A DNA stretch of 64,000 nt from Octopus vulgaris (Eukaryota). The notes beneath the pieces are model-generated. The model saw only the letters and a program-made list of their open reading frames with translations. It searched no databases and was not told where the DNA came from. The translations under genes and the position numbers were made by a program. Below are positions 24,991-38,357 of the stretch, in pieces (the first letter of the stretch is position 1; every line of letters starts with the position of its first letter). Location: contig OX597817.1 in the NCBI GenBank assembly GCA_951406725.2, forward strand, positions 106,330,001 to 106,394,000, given 5' to 3'.

Positions 24991-26974
24991 TATATATATA
25001 TATATATATATACATGTACATATGTATGTGTATATGTATCTTTATATATATATATGTGTGTGTATGTATTTATTCAACATATTTCCCTCTCAGATTCACA
25101 CATTTATTGCAGCAGTCTTTTAGTTTTACTAAGCCCTGTAAAAGATCTCAGAAGGTTAGGCCTCCAACCAGGCCTTTTGCAATACCCTTAAAGCCAGGAA
25201 CTTTTCAGCACTCCGTCATATATATATATTATGTGTGTGTATGCAAAAGCTATATGATAAGTATGATAAGATCACATGTATGTCCTTCACATTGTATCTC
25301 AGAAATTGAACACTTTTTCCTTGATACTTTTATCATCATCTTCGTTTAACGTCTGCTTTCCATGCTGCCATGTGTTGGACAGTTTGAAAGGAGCTGGCCA
25401 GGCATGTGTCAGTGTTGGTGCTATGCTCTTTGGACATCTGTGCGAAAGAGTATAGATACCTAACAAAGTCACATCTGTGCTGCTTACATTTAACAGAACA
25501 ACAAGTGATGGCAATATTTGAAATCAAGTTGCAGCTATCTTGTACATATATAATTATGCGATCAAGATAAGAGAATGCTCCTAAAAATAAAGTGTTTGTG
25601 TGTACAATTTGTGTCTTACAAATAGCTTTTTATTTTGTCTTTCAGTTATCAAAAAAAGTAAATGAATAAAATCTAAAAGGATAAGAAGAAATATTGTTGA
25701 GACAGAAAACAAAATGTCATTGAAACTTTTACATACAGTGTTTATGAAAACATAGACATACAAACGTATGTGTGTGTATTGCATGTATATCTATGCAGCT
25801 CTATTGTTCAGGATCACCTGTCTCAACTATGTGATGAGCTGCAGAGGATGCTTGGAGCAAAGTGAGTATGTATCAGGTACACGAACCATCGTCCATCCTA
25901 ATAAAAATTATGCAAATACTCCATCTGGACCCTGCACAATGCTCTCCATCTCATATATATATACACAGGTGAGTAGGCAAACTTCAATCCAACACCAAAC
26001 TCTCTCACTCCTAGCAATGCCATTGCAGCCATACTAGTTTACGTCTGTCATGTGCATGTATGCAAATACCAAAAGCATGCATATATATGTTTACATACAT
26101 GCATACATCAGATGAAAATACATGCATAAACACATAAATCTTCTTCCAGACAAACACAGACATTCATACTTACATATATAAATACAGGAATGTACATACT
26201 CATGTTAGCCAATCATACACACACAGACTTCCATACATACATCATAAACACATATGTACATACATGTATATGCAACCGGCAGTAATGCACACATACTTAT
26301 ACATGCACACATACTTATACATGCACACACACACATACACATACGACTGATACACACGCAGCTGATATACACAACTGACACACCAACATATTTGCACAGG
26401 CAAATACTCACACATGGCTGATATGCACCTGCACCCAACTTAGTAAATGCACTCATATGCACTAATGAGCTGATGCCATCAGTTCCCACCCACATGACAG
26501 CTTGCACACATGCACACCCTTGGACATACATACATGGCAGATACACACACATAATCATCAGAAACTCACATCTACACACTCATGCACCTGGCATATACAC
26601 ACTGTTGCCTGCAAGTCCCTTCAAAAACTGGCCAGACAGCAAAGCACCCTCAGCCTGCTGTTTAGCCATGTGATCCAAGAAATTCTCCTTTTTAATGCAT
26701 CTGAAGTTGCTGGGATGCTGATCTCACTTCTAACAACCCCACATGACTCATCTTGACCAATTGCAGCCCAGTTTCCAGAAGCCATCTGGGACTTCCTGCA
26801 TATCTCCATTTGGTTCACTGAGCTCAGCGAGTTTCTGTGAGGAGCCTAAAAACTTTAAGTCACATGGGGCTAAATCAAACTGTTTTAAATAACACACACA
26901 TACACACACATTGGCAGGACACTGCTCTGGTACTATGAACAAGTAATTAGAATGTCCTAGGAAAGAATTACAAA

Positions 26975-27204
26975 ACTTGACAGAGAACTAGTATCGCAGT
27001 GATGGTGATGTCATATGTGCTGTTGGTAACTGTTTTGACCAACAGGATGAAAGCTTCTTTTCCAGTGGGATCCAAACTCTACAGCACCAATTGAAGAAGT
27101 GTATGGATCACAGGGAGGACAGTGGTGCAAAATACACTTCATTTGGTTACATTTCATGAGAGTGTCTTGGTCTGCCTGTGAACTTTTCAGCCAGCCCCCT
27201 TGTA
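26975..27204 (+). mobile_element. Mariner 3'-end remnant
   Basis: YRSDGDVICAV..FDQQDESFF.SGIQTLQHQLKKCMD, followed by terminal GAACTTTTCAGCCAGCCCCCTTG-TA. Confidence 0.7.
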
Positions 27205-27399
27205 CATATATATATATATATAGGCACAGGTATGGCTGTATGGTAAGAAGGTTTGCTTCACAACTACATGGGTCCAGGTTTAGTCTCTACTACATGATAC
27301 CTTGAGCAAATGTTTTCTACTATAGCCCCATCTGATCAAAGTTTGCTTTCTATGCCTAAGATGCAATACTTCAGCTAAGATGCAATACTTCAGTAAGCA

Positions 27400-27725
27400 C
27401 AAGCCTGTAAAAAATGTTAAACTATTATTCCATACAATCCTCCTTGCTTTAAAAATTGACATATTAGTAGAAACAGATACTCCTTCTCTGATATACAATC
27501 CATTTATATAATTTTTTTTCAAAATCTTAGTATTTTGCTTTTTCTTCCTGAAAATAGCATTTATCACTTTTAATGATTTTCAATTTTCCTTTTTGATTGA
27601 GCCAACAATGAATCATTTCATCCATTGATGGAAGACTAAAATGTCTTTTAGCAGCACTATTTCATGTTTTTGTTTTCTTCTTCTTTTGCATAATCCTCTC
27701 TTAATACTGAGAGCTTATTCCTTTC
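27400..27725 (-). pseudogene. pogo-like transposase N-terminal (HTH) remnant
   Basis: Across frames: SAAKRHFS.., KAKY*DFEKKLYKWIVYQR, EGVSVSTNMSIFKARRI. Confidence 0.5.
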
Positions 27726-29269
27726 CCTTTTTTCCCTGTATTTTTTTTTGTCTTGCAAGTTACTTGGCAACCTCACTAGCGCCAATAACATGCAATGAGG
27801 ATGAAAACAACCCCACTACCTTTACAAATCTAGTTAGCGGGTTTTCTAGAGATTACAAAGTACCAAAAATCACTACAAAAATATGGGAACAAAATCATCA
27901 AATATATAATATATACAAGGAAACCGAAAAAGAAATTTTGATAATTGCTTCATAGGATTGTACCTGGCTAGAAGTTATAATGACGGTTACACATCTGTTA
28001 TGGTGTTTTATGGCCTCAGCACAAACCAAGTCAGTATTGTGAAATCTAGAGATCCCTTGAGCCAGTTTGGCAATTTCATGTGAATAAGAATGAGAGAATG
28101 AATCTGATGTATGAATAGCTCTTTCTGAACTGAAAAAAAAAGACAACTTACACAAGTTTAGCACCTGCCTATTATTTGCTCTTTTTTTTTTCTCTTTCTT
28201 CTTAACCACAAATGAGCAATCTTTTGTTTGTTTGTTTTTCAGCTGATAGTCCATCATCACCTACTACAAAGACTAAGTTATAATGTAGGAGAGAAGCAAT
28301 ATCTGAGGGTACAATTCAGAAAAGTAACAGAGAGAATTTTGAGATCCTAAAACCAAGGTGTCACATAAAATCATTGGTGTAGTTGCTGATGCCATGTAAA
28401 GAGAACTGGTGCTGGAACCACATAAAAAGCCCCGGTGATGGTGCCACATAAAAAGCACCCAGCATACTATGTGGATTGGTTGGCTTTAGGAAGGACATCC
28501 AGCCATAGAAACCAAGCCAAAACAGGCTATGGAACTTGGTGTGGCTCCTGGCTTTACGAGATCCTGTCAAGCCATCCAACCCATGCCAGCATGGAAAACG
28601 GATGTTAGATGTTAACAACAATGATGGTTAGGAAGAGTTGAAATACAGTTCAGATTTATGAAATGTAAAAGTACAATTGTTACACTCTTCATAGTATGAC
28701 AGGGACACAAGAAATGTTTAGCATTTGTTGACAGAGTATCACATTCTGTTATTTGGTACTTAGACTACTTTTAGATGAATAATTTGCAACAACAATGGAA
28801 GCACTTTATGGACATGCATTCAGAAAAGTGAGACTGAGCAATGAGTGCAGGGATGTGCTTAACACCAAGGCTCAGTTTTCAACTTCCACCTATGATAGCT
28901 CTCCAAGCTATAACAGAAGAGAGGTAATATTTATCCCCACTTAAACATGGATATTCTTTTAAAACAAACTCATTATACTGTAGTAGATACCATGAGAGAA
29001 ACAACCATGTACAGGACATCCACTTTTAAGCAGGCATAAATATTAGCTCTAGGTGTTAATACTGCAAAACTTGAACTCAAAACAGAAAGAAACAGAGATA
29101 AATGAATGCACATGAGGCCATGAGATAAAGAAGCTTTATTCATAACTATAGCTTTGCAAACATGTGTTTTATACATAATATAAATCCTTGGGTTGACTAA
29201 ATTCTTGAAAACAATACATACATACACACACACACACATATACATATATGTATGCATGTATATATGTAT

Positions 29270-29403
29270 CGAAGGCTGCACCAGGACTGCCAGATCTGAC
29301 TGGCCTGGTGCAGCCTTCGGGCTCCCCAGACCTCAGTTGAACCGTCCAACCCATGCTAGCATGGAAAGCGGATGTTAAATGATGATGATGATGATGATGA
29401 TGA
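29270..29403 (+). mobile_element. Very short RTE 3' end with 5' inversion
   Basis: 16-bp inverted repeat CGAAGGCTGCACCAGG / CCTGGTGCAGCCTTCG, then the RTE tail and (GAT)n. Confidence 0.75.
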
Positions 29404-29411
29404 TATATATA

Positions 29412-29655
29412 TATCTGTAAATGTAATATGTAACAATTATTCGGTAGCCATGATAAAACTCCGAGTTTCGTATGCCGAGGTGGAAATCCATGCCGCCATC
29501 TCTTCACAGCATGAATTTCCACCTCAGCATCCGAAACTCGGAGTTTTATCATGGCTACCGAATAATTGTCACATATTACATTTACAGATAAATTTCTCTA
29601 TTTACATAATATTGAGGTCTCTTTCTTTCTTTTGTTGTCTTACCATTTTTATCAA
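29412..29655. repeat. Near-perfect 84-bp-arm palindrome (29412-29590), probably an inverted Penelope-like terminus
   Basis: Arms 29412-29495 and 29507-29590 with about 5 mismatches and an 11-nt loop. Confidence 0.85.
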
Positions 29656-29667
29656 TATATATATATA

Positions 29668-29864
29668 TCACCTTGATCACCATGACCGACCAGTCCGTCA
29701 GGCATCCATTTGACACCGCTGGTCACAGCACACTGTCCACTCCTCTCTGGATCGCGTCTTTCTCTTCCATGTGATCCCAATCGTCCTCCTGAAATCGTAA
29801 CTCCACCCTCGTGGAGGTCTTCCGGGTGGTCTTTTCTGGGTACCACTCGACAACTGCGTGCGTC

Positions 29865-29870
<6 letters not shown>
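29668..29870 (-). mobile_element. RTE LINE C-terminal/3' fragment (different family)
   Basis: WTHAVVEWYP..KRPPGRPPRGWSYDF..W...RSREEW across a frameshift. Confidence 0.75.
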
Positions 29871-29913
<43 letters not shown>

Positions 29914-30989
29914 GTGTGTGTGTACATATAGATATGTATATATATATATACACACACACACATATATCCTAAAATTAGGGAATGGAGTAGATGAAACCAA
30001 TCCAGACTACATATGCTTCATAGCTAGTTTCATACTACCTTGGAAGTAGTAAATTATCCAAACAAGGGGTAGACCGCAAGCTACTCTTCAGGGCAAGGAT
30101 ATTTTGATTATATGAAGTTTACATTGTCATTAGGGGATCCTTGTTGGGGATAACTTATTGGGGATTCAAAGGAAAACATATTTGTGAGGAAGAAGTAAAA
30201 ATGAAATAAAATATATATATGGGAGTGGGCAAGTTTGTTATGGAGAAGAATATGAGTAAAGTGGGGCAGGTGAGGAGAGAAGGATTGGCATTGAAATTGG
30301 CTAGGGAGATGCCTTTGTGAATTTTGGTTGGGGTCATTCATGGGTCTGTTGTGGGATAGATAAGTAAACATATTGTAGCATTCTATAAAGTCATTTAAGC
30401 AGAGTCAAGGGATGAAGATATAGGAGTGGTATTTAAAATGGATAGGATGGGGGAGTAAAGGAGAGGGAAATGGAAGATAAAGTATTTTCGGTCAAAATGG
30501 TTATACTTAGTTTTGCTCATGAAGTTGGTAGTAGTAATTTAATTTTAAAATCTAGAGATGGCAAGTGAAGTGAGAGTAGTATTGGCTTAAAACTGAGATT
30601 ATGTGTATGCATATTAGCATGCATGCATATATATGTTGGGCATCTGAAGGATCTTGTAGATATGTATGCATGTATGAGTATTTGAATATTATCATGTGCA
30701 GATGGGATGTGTATGGAGATAGAACAGTTGTGAAAACTTATACATATAGATACATGCATACACACACATGTCTTCATACGCACATATGTGTGTGTATGCA
30801 TGGTTTGGATTCTTGGACCAGACAATGCATTGTATTCTTGAGCAAAACACTTCATTTCACAGATACTCCTGTCTACTCTGTTATGTAACTGGAAAATTCC
30901 AGTAGGTGCAATCTCCTCTTGTTTCAATTGTTGTAGCATGAAGGTGAGATGAAATCCTTCTGGTCATGCTTCACCACATTGATTCTGAA

Positions 30990-31600
30990 GTTGCTCTCAG
31001 TGTTTAGTATATTACATCAATCTTTATAAATTCATCAACATCTTCATCATCATAATTTGTTGTCAGGCATAGCCTGTGCCACTCTAACGTAGAAATAGAT
31101 GGATGGTTGACACTGCATTGTCTCCTAGTATAGTGTTCTTGATGGATTTGTTGATTAGGAACACTGCTCCATTTACATAGCTGTACTCCTCTTCTTTCCA
31201 TTAACTCCTTAGCAATCAGATTATTCTGTCAAATGATATGTTTTTTATTTACATTGCTTGAAATTAATCATGGATTATCTTGTATTTTTGATATTTTGAT
31301 GATGTAACTGTTTATTTTTAGAATGACATTGTAGGGTAGGTGTGAGAGGCAAGATCTGGCCTGTTTGAACCTAAATCAGGTAGAATATTTTGGCCGGATA
31401 TGGCTGGTTTAAATGCTAAAAGGTTAAGGAAGAGTAAATGTCTTTATTCAGTCTATATTTCTCCAGTGTTCTTCCATCTTATTTCACAAACCTTAAAGCA
31501 ATGCCTGTTGTACCTAGAGATCTCATATGTAAGTTCTTTAAGCTTTAAAAATATGGGTTCCATGTGGAAATTGTGATGTTTTCTCTGCCACATATTCATA
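30990..31600 (-). pseudogene. RTE AP-endonuclease remnant interrupted by a MITE
   Basis: ITISTWN..KELTYEISRY..VCEIRWKNTGE..NGAVFLINKSIKN..TTNYDDEDVDEF. Confidence 0.7.
31201..31427 (+). mobile_element. piggyBac-like MITE with TTAA TSDs
   Basis: TTAA-CTCCTTAGCAAT...AATGCTAAAAGG-TTAA. Confidence 0.82.
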
Positions 31601-32503
31601 TTATTCCTATCAAGACACTATCAGTGCACTTTCCACATCTGCCCTGGTGGAAGATGGATGATGCAGTCACTTAAGGCAGGCTTCAACTGGTTTCAGATAG
31701 ACTAACCAATGTTTTGTTTATCACACAGCATGTTTTGGGCATATAAGTCTGGTGGAACTCGTTTCTCTAGCAGGTCTGACAGTAACTTATTGTTTACCAC
31801 TAGATGGCTTGCTTTGGTTGTGAATGCAAGGCCAGCTTTGGTTGCGAATGCAAGGCCATCACAGTTTATCTAGGAACAATCCTCTCAGTCAGGGACAATA
31901 TAACATATATCGTGTATATAATTCCTTTTTCCATAGCTCCTTATACTCAAAATTACTTACATAAAAAAAGGAATTGACATAATAGCCATAGGCACCACAT
32001 AACAAGCTACCTAATAGGAAATATGTAACTCATGCTCAAGAATCATTATTTAATAGGAATGAACAGTAAATGATAGCAAAGGAGAGAAGGAGGAGAAGGA
32101 ATTCATACAATAAGAAAAAGAAAGAGGTGGGTAGAGAAAGGGAGGGAGTGAAAGAGTGAGTTATACAGGAAGAACGGAAAGAGGGAGGGAGGGCATAATG
32201 AAGTCTTGTAGAAGTGTTAGGAGGCGAATGTGTCTCACACATACATTCACCTCCTGTGTTTGTGTGTGTAAGAAGGAATGAGGGATTGTAAGGAGTCAGT
32301 TGAGAATGGATTATGTTTGAACGTACAGGAGTGTGTGGGAATGCCATCGATTTGGTTTAGCAGAATGGGATTGTATGCATGTGTGTGTTTAAGTGTGTTT
32401 GATTGCAATGGGGTTGATGAAGGTGTTTAGCAGAGGAAGTAGACTACATACATATACATGGGTAAAAACACACAGATCAGTACATAAATCTATATATAAG
32501 TTA

Positions 32504-32596
<93 letters not shown>

Positions 32597-33044
32597 TATA
32601 CATATATATATATGTATGTATGTATGAATATATTATTTATATAGCCCCTGCATTTGCATTCAATCATACTTTCACACCCAACCAACACTTTATTACTCCA
32701 ACTTCCCTCTCACCCATTCAAGCTCACTCACATCCTAAACTTTCCTGCTTTACTACTCCTTCCTTCTTCCCTCCCTCCCTTCCCTCACTTCCTTTCTTAC
32801 TATAGAGCCTCTTTCTTTCATACTATGTATTTATATCACTGCTCCTTTCCTCCAGACATCATATACTGTCCTTTCCGACTAAATAACCTTTCTCTCACTG
32901 CTGTTTAATATCTGCCATCAAGGAGCTTATCAGTTCAAACATTCCTAACCTGGAATAACTATCTGGAAACTGTGTCGAAGCCTGTCATATATCTGCTCAC
33001 ACTCTCCATTTTCTTTATATTATATATTTTCTTATTTTTATTCT

Positions 33045-33247
33045 TTTTATTTGTTTTAGTCATTTGACTGTGGTTATGCTGGAGCACTGCCTTTAGTCAA
33101 ACAAATCGACCCCAGGACTTATTCTTTGTAAGCCTAGTACTTATTCTATCGGTCTCTTTTGCCGAACCGCTAAGTTACAGGGATGTAAACACACCAACAT
33201 CGATTGTCGAGTGATGGTGGGGAGGACAAACACAGACACACAAACAT

Positions 33248-33285
<38 letters not shown>

Positions 33286-34133
33286 GACGGGCTTCTTTTA
33301 GCTTCCATCTACTAAATCCACTCACAAGACTTAGGTCAGCCCAAGGCTTTTATAGTAGAAGACACTTGCCCTAGGTGCCATGCAATGGGACTGAACCCAG
33401 AACCATGTGAAATAAAGTGTCTTGCTCAAGGACACAACGTGCTACTGGGAACTGTACTCACAACATTACGATCATGGGCCAAATGCCCTAACCACTAAAC
33501 CACACGCCTTCACACACACATACACACATATACACATACATACACAATACTTAATAGATATCATATAGAGACCTTACTCTAGAGCTGCTTCTATTGCATA
33601 ATTTAAGATATATATATATATATTTCTTTGTGTGTGTGTGTCTTTGAGCCTGTGTTTGTCACCCATCATTGCTTGACAACTGGTGTTGGTTTGTTTATGT
33701 GATTCAGCACAAGAGACCTATAGAGTAAGTACCAGCCTTAAAAAAAAAAAATAACTACTGAGGTCAATTTGTTTGATTAAACTCTTGAAGGAAGTGCCCC
33801 AGCATGACCATAGTCCAATGACTGAAACAAGTAAAAAAAATTAAAAATAAAAGATACATATAAGAGGAAGAAGAAAAAGAATGAATGTAACACAACTTTA
33901 TTATTAATTACAATTGTTTCTGTACTACTCTTTTACTTGTTTCAGTCATTTGACTGCGGCCATGCTGGAGCACCACCTTCAGTTGAGCAAATCGACCCCA
34001 GGACTTACTCTTTGTAAGCCTAATACCTATTCTATCGCCCCCTTTTGCTGAACCGCTAAGTTACAGGGACGTAAACACACCAGCGATGTTGGGGGACAAA
34101 CACAGATACACAAACACACACACACACACACTG

Positions 34134-34168
<35 letters not shown>

Positions 34169-34338
34169 CATTTACACGACGGGCTTCTTTCAGTTTCTGT
34201 CTACCAAATCCACTTACATGGCTTTGGTAGGTCCGAGGCGATAGCAGAAGACACTTGCCCAAGGTGCCATGCAGTGGGACTGAACCTGAACCATGTGGTT
34301 CGTAAGCAAGCTACTTACCACACAGCCACCTCCATGCC
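33045..34338. mobile_element. SINE cluster: family A (-) 33045-33410, family C head (-) 33410-33512, family A tail (+) 33620-33840, family A (-) 33928-34338
   Basis: Direct similarity to 20345-20730 and 41692-41940. Confidence 0.8.
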
Positions 34339-35181
34339 TACACATCCACTCCTACTACTTCATTTCTAGTCACATTGTTCGTAAGTTATTCCATGTGAAA
34401 GATGACATAATGTGCATTGTTGACTATACCAGAATGGCACTTCATCAGACTAGCATTCAGTTATACCTCTTTACACTGAATTCAATGCCAAGAGGCATAA
34501 ATGAATGCTATTAATCTTTTAATCTTTTACTTGTTTCAGTCAGTAGACCACAGCGATGCTGAGGCAACACCTTGAAGAAGTTTAATCAAACAAATCAACC
34601 TCAATACTTATTTTTGAAAGCCTGGTACTTATTCTGTCCCTGTTCCCACTGTAGACACACACACATACAGCATTACAAACATGGCCTGCACACCCACCTT
34701 CACATTCCATGACTACCAGTGGGATCGATAAGGTACTGGGCAAGGATTCTGGATTATTTTTCTGGTTTTTTACTTAATTTTTGAGAGCTTTTGGGTTCAT
34801 TTTTAGTGAAAGCAGTAGAGTTTATTTCAGATATTCTCATTTTAAAAATCATCTCCAGCTAATCATTGAGAGGATGTTGGTGTTGCCTTGGTGGAGATTT
34901 GCACTCTGAGTGCTCTTGTTTACCTTGTTTTGAATTAATCCTGCATTATCTCATAGCAATGACATTTCGATTGTTTAGTTTTTGAATGACATTGTAGAGT
35001 AAGTGTGAGAAGCCAGATCCGGCGAGTTTGAACATAAAACAGGTATAATTTTTAGGCTTGATATGCCCGGTTTAAATTCTAAAAGGTTAAATTTCAGTAT
35101 GAGAGCGTAGTTTGTCAACTGCTGCATTAGGAATAAAAGAGTTTATAACCAATCCAGGCTTACACTATATATATGTATGTT

Positions 35182-35220
<39 letters not shown>

Positions 35221-35249
35221 GTGTGTGTGTGCATGCACATATGTGTGTG

Positions 35250-35470
35250 TACAAGGGAGTACTGAAAAATTCATGGCTTTGGGTAAGAGAAAATACAGGA
35301 GGATCAATTAATTATGAGTTTATTTAATATATTCCCCTCTCAGATTCACACACTTATTGCAGCAGTCCTTCAATTTTTTTTAAACCCTGTAAAAGAACTT
35401 GGGAAGTTTGGCCTCCAACCTGGCCTTTCATGATACCCTAAAAGCCAGGAACTTTTCAGTAACCCGTTGC

Positions 35471-35473
<3 letters not shown>
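35250..35473 (-). mobile_element. Mariner-derived MITE
   Basis: Same family as 12996-13219, TA-flanked. Confidence 0.8.
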
Positions 35474-35509
<36 letters not shown>

Positions 35510-35510
<1 letters not shown>

Positions 35511-35890
35511 GCGCAGGAGTGGCTGTGTGGTAAGTAGCTTGCTGACCAACCACATGGTTCAGGTTCAGTCCCACTGCATGGCACCTTGGGCAAGTGTCTT
35601 CTACTATAGCTTTGGGCCGACCAAAGCCTTGTGAGTGAATTTGGTTGACAGAAACTGAAAGAAGCCTTTCGTATGTACATATGTGTGTGTGTATGTATAT
35701 GTTTGTTCCCCCAACATCGCTTGACAACTGATGCCGGTGTGTTTACGCCCCCATCACTTAGTGGTTTGGCAAGAGAGACCAATTGAATAAGTACTAGGCT
35801 TACAAAGAATAAGTCCTGGGGTCGATTTGCTTGACTAAAGGTGGTGCTCCAGCATGGCCGCAGTCAAATGACTGAAACAAATAAAAGAAT
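35510..35890 (+). mobile_element. Full-length family-A SINE
   Basis: GGCGCAGGAGTGGCTGTGTGGTAAG...GACTGAAACAAATAAAAG. Confidence 0.9.
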
Positions 35891-36919
35891 ATGTATATAA
35901 TATGCATACACATATAGTTAAAGTTAAAATTATATTCACATAAAAACCTTGTAGTATGCTGTGTAAAGCATGTCCACAATTATTGGTTACCTGATGTCAA
36001 CATCAGTAGGAATGTATATGCTACTGGATTTATTTCAGGAATTCCTTGGTATCTGTGGAGTGTATATAAATAGATCAGAGATAGAAAATGGAATGCATGA
36101 GATTCTTTATTCAAATCCATTTTAATTGTTTCATCCTGCATGTATACCTCACTGGTGAGATACTGTGCAATCAATTGTCTTGCATCACAGGTGCAGATTG
36201 CATCTCCTCATGTGATGTTTTAAACAAGTACCTTGCTCTTTCTTCTCATCCTTTCACTTAGCTCTATTAATATATTTGTATAGTTAGGCGGCTACAGTCT
36301 AACAGTTTCCATAAGAAACTGAAAGAGAGAAGAACCGACTCCACTTCAGAAAAGTAGTACAGTGAAATACACCCAATATAAACATAGTTAAAAAAAAAAA
36401 ATAAAAACATGAACATACATGATATCAGAAAATCAAACCGGACATATAGATAGTGCTATCAAACCCCAAAATATAAACAAATAAATTAGATATACAAAGT
36501 GCTACACAGTCTGACAGTTGTGATTCTCTAAATTAAAGTTAATTTATAACCATCACACTCACACATTTACATACTCACAAATACTGGTTCACTCACACAC
36601 TGGTATGCATACACACTGATACCTACATACTTACGCATACACATGATAGACACACACATTGTTACATATGTTCACTGAAATACACACACATTCACACAAT
36701 GACTGACATATTGACACACTGGCATTCACCATCTATGCTGATATTTGGCACACACTCACATTGATACTTACACACATTGATATGTACATACTGATTCACT
36801 TAGACACATTGACACACATGCACACCCTCTGATATGCACATACACTATTTCCATATAATACTACAGAAAGTGATAACAGCATAGATCAAATAAAAAAAAA
36901 TTAGACTGATTACAATGAT

Positions 36920-37130
36920 AATTTCTAATTTTGGCACAAGGCCAGCAATTTCGAGGGAGGGGTATGTTGATTACACTGACCCCAGTGCTTAACTGGTACT
37001 TATTTTATTGATCTCGAAAGGACAGGAGGCAAAGTTGACCTCGGTGGAATTTGAACTCAAAATGTAAAAACAGATGATATGCTGCTAAGCATTTTGCCTG
37101 ACACACTAATGATTCTGCCAGCTTACTTCC
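36920..37130 (-). mobile_element. Family-B SINE
   Basis: GGCAAAGTTGACCTCGGTGGAATTTGAACTC etc. Confidence 0.8.
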
Positions 37131-37689
37131 TTATATAATGATTACAATAACAATGATAATAGTGATAATAGTGAGTACAATAATAATGACAATCAAAGAT
37201 AACAGTGAAATTTGGAAAAGCTGCTCTGAAGGCCAGTTAAAGTTTCTGTAAACCTCCCAGCCATACACATCATATACCAAGGACTTTAGCAAGTTCTTAA
37301 CACTGCTGTGTTCTTCATTGAAATACACTTGTTGGTGCATTACCCCCCTTGACAGCGGGTAAACAAGCTGGCTATACAGAGATAGAGGGTGTTACACAAC
37401 ATTAAGGTTCAGACACCTTCTCTCTTCCTCTTTCTGCACTGGGACCTGGAACTGTAAAGATGTGGTCTGGCCTCTCTCTCAACACCCACCAGCTAGCAGA
37501 TAGGAGCATATTACAGAAGATCATGGCCTTTACACACCAACCATTCTATTTATCATTCCATTGTGCATATATGTGTGGCCACAATAAACGTGTTTAAGTT
37601 GCAACTTGTATATGTTTTTCATCTGGGTTTACTACCAGTGAAATTACAGCCTTCTGAGAGTCATATTAGGTGGCTCATAACGACCCGCA

Positions 37690-38130
37690 CCATATAAACA
37701 CTGAATGAATCTGTGGAAGAGATGGATACTGTCTTCCATTATGGAGTAGCACAACTTTGAGGCTACTTGATAAGCTATTGGTGGAAAAGCAGACTTGGTT
37801 TGGATGACAGGCCATTCCAATTGTCTCTAACAGATATGTTACATTTTGGCAGAAACATAACCCATCCTGACAGGTGAAAAATCGTGAAAAACATAGGTAA
37901 AACTTCCACAGAATAGTTATTTGCACACTCTGATTTAACCAGTTCTACTGCTTCAGCAAAGACACTAAAAGCTCTGCATTGAGCTCAGTGACATCAGAGA
38001 GAAGCAATTCTGAGAAAGAAATGTCGTGTCAAGCAATAAACTTAAAATCTGTTGACCTCATTAACACCACCACTTGAATCTTGGTTGTTTTTAGCAGAGT
38101 CCATTCTGCTTGCAAGCCTCCGGACCAAAA
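37690..38130 (-). pseudogene. DNA transposase remnant, possibly Chapaev3/CMC-like
   Basis: NAELLVSLLKQ*NWL, FSRFFTCQDGLCFCQNV..IGMACHP..SSSLKVVLLHNGRQYPSLP. Family assignment is from memory. Confidence 0.55.
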
Positions 38131-38357
38131 ATCTGATCTGAGAAGATTGTCCTCCTTTCTTCCTACAAGTCTTGAATGCTCTAAAAGGTATCACAAGCAT
38201 TATCTTTTCATCACCTGACTAAGCAATAAATACTAATATCACAAGCTCTGTCTTTTCTTCACCTGACCAAGCAATAAATACTATTGTTTAATCGTGATAT
38301 TTATAAAGTGAAACAGTAAAATTGAAACAAAAAGGGAAGAAAAGGGTAAAGCAAGTA

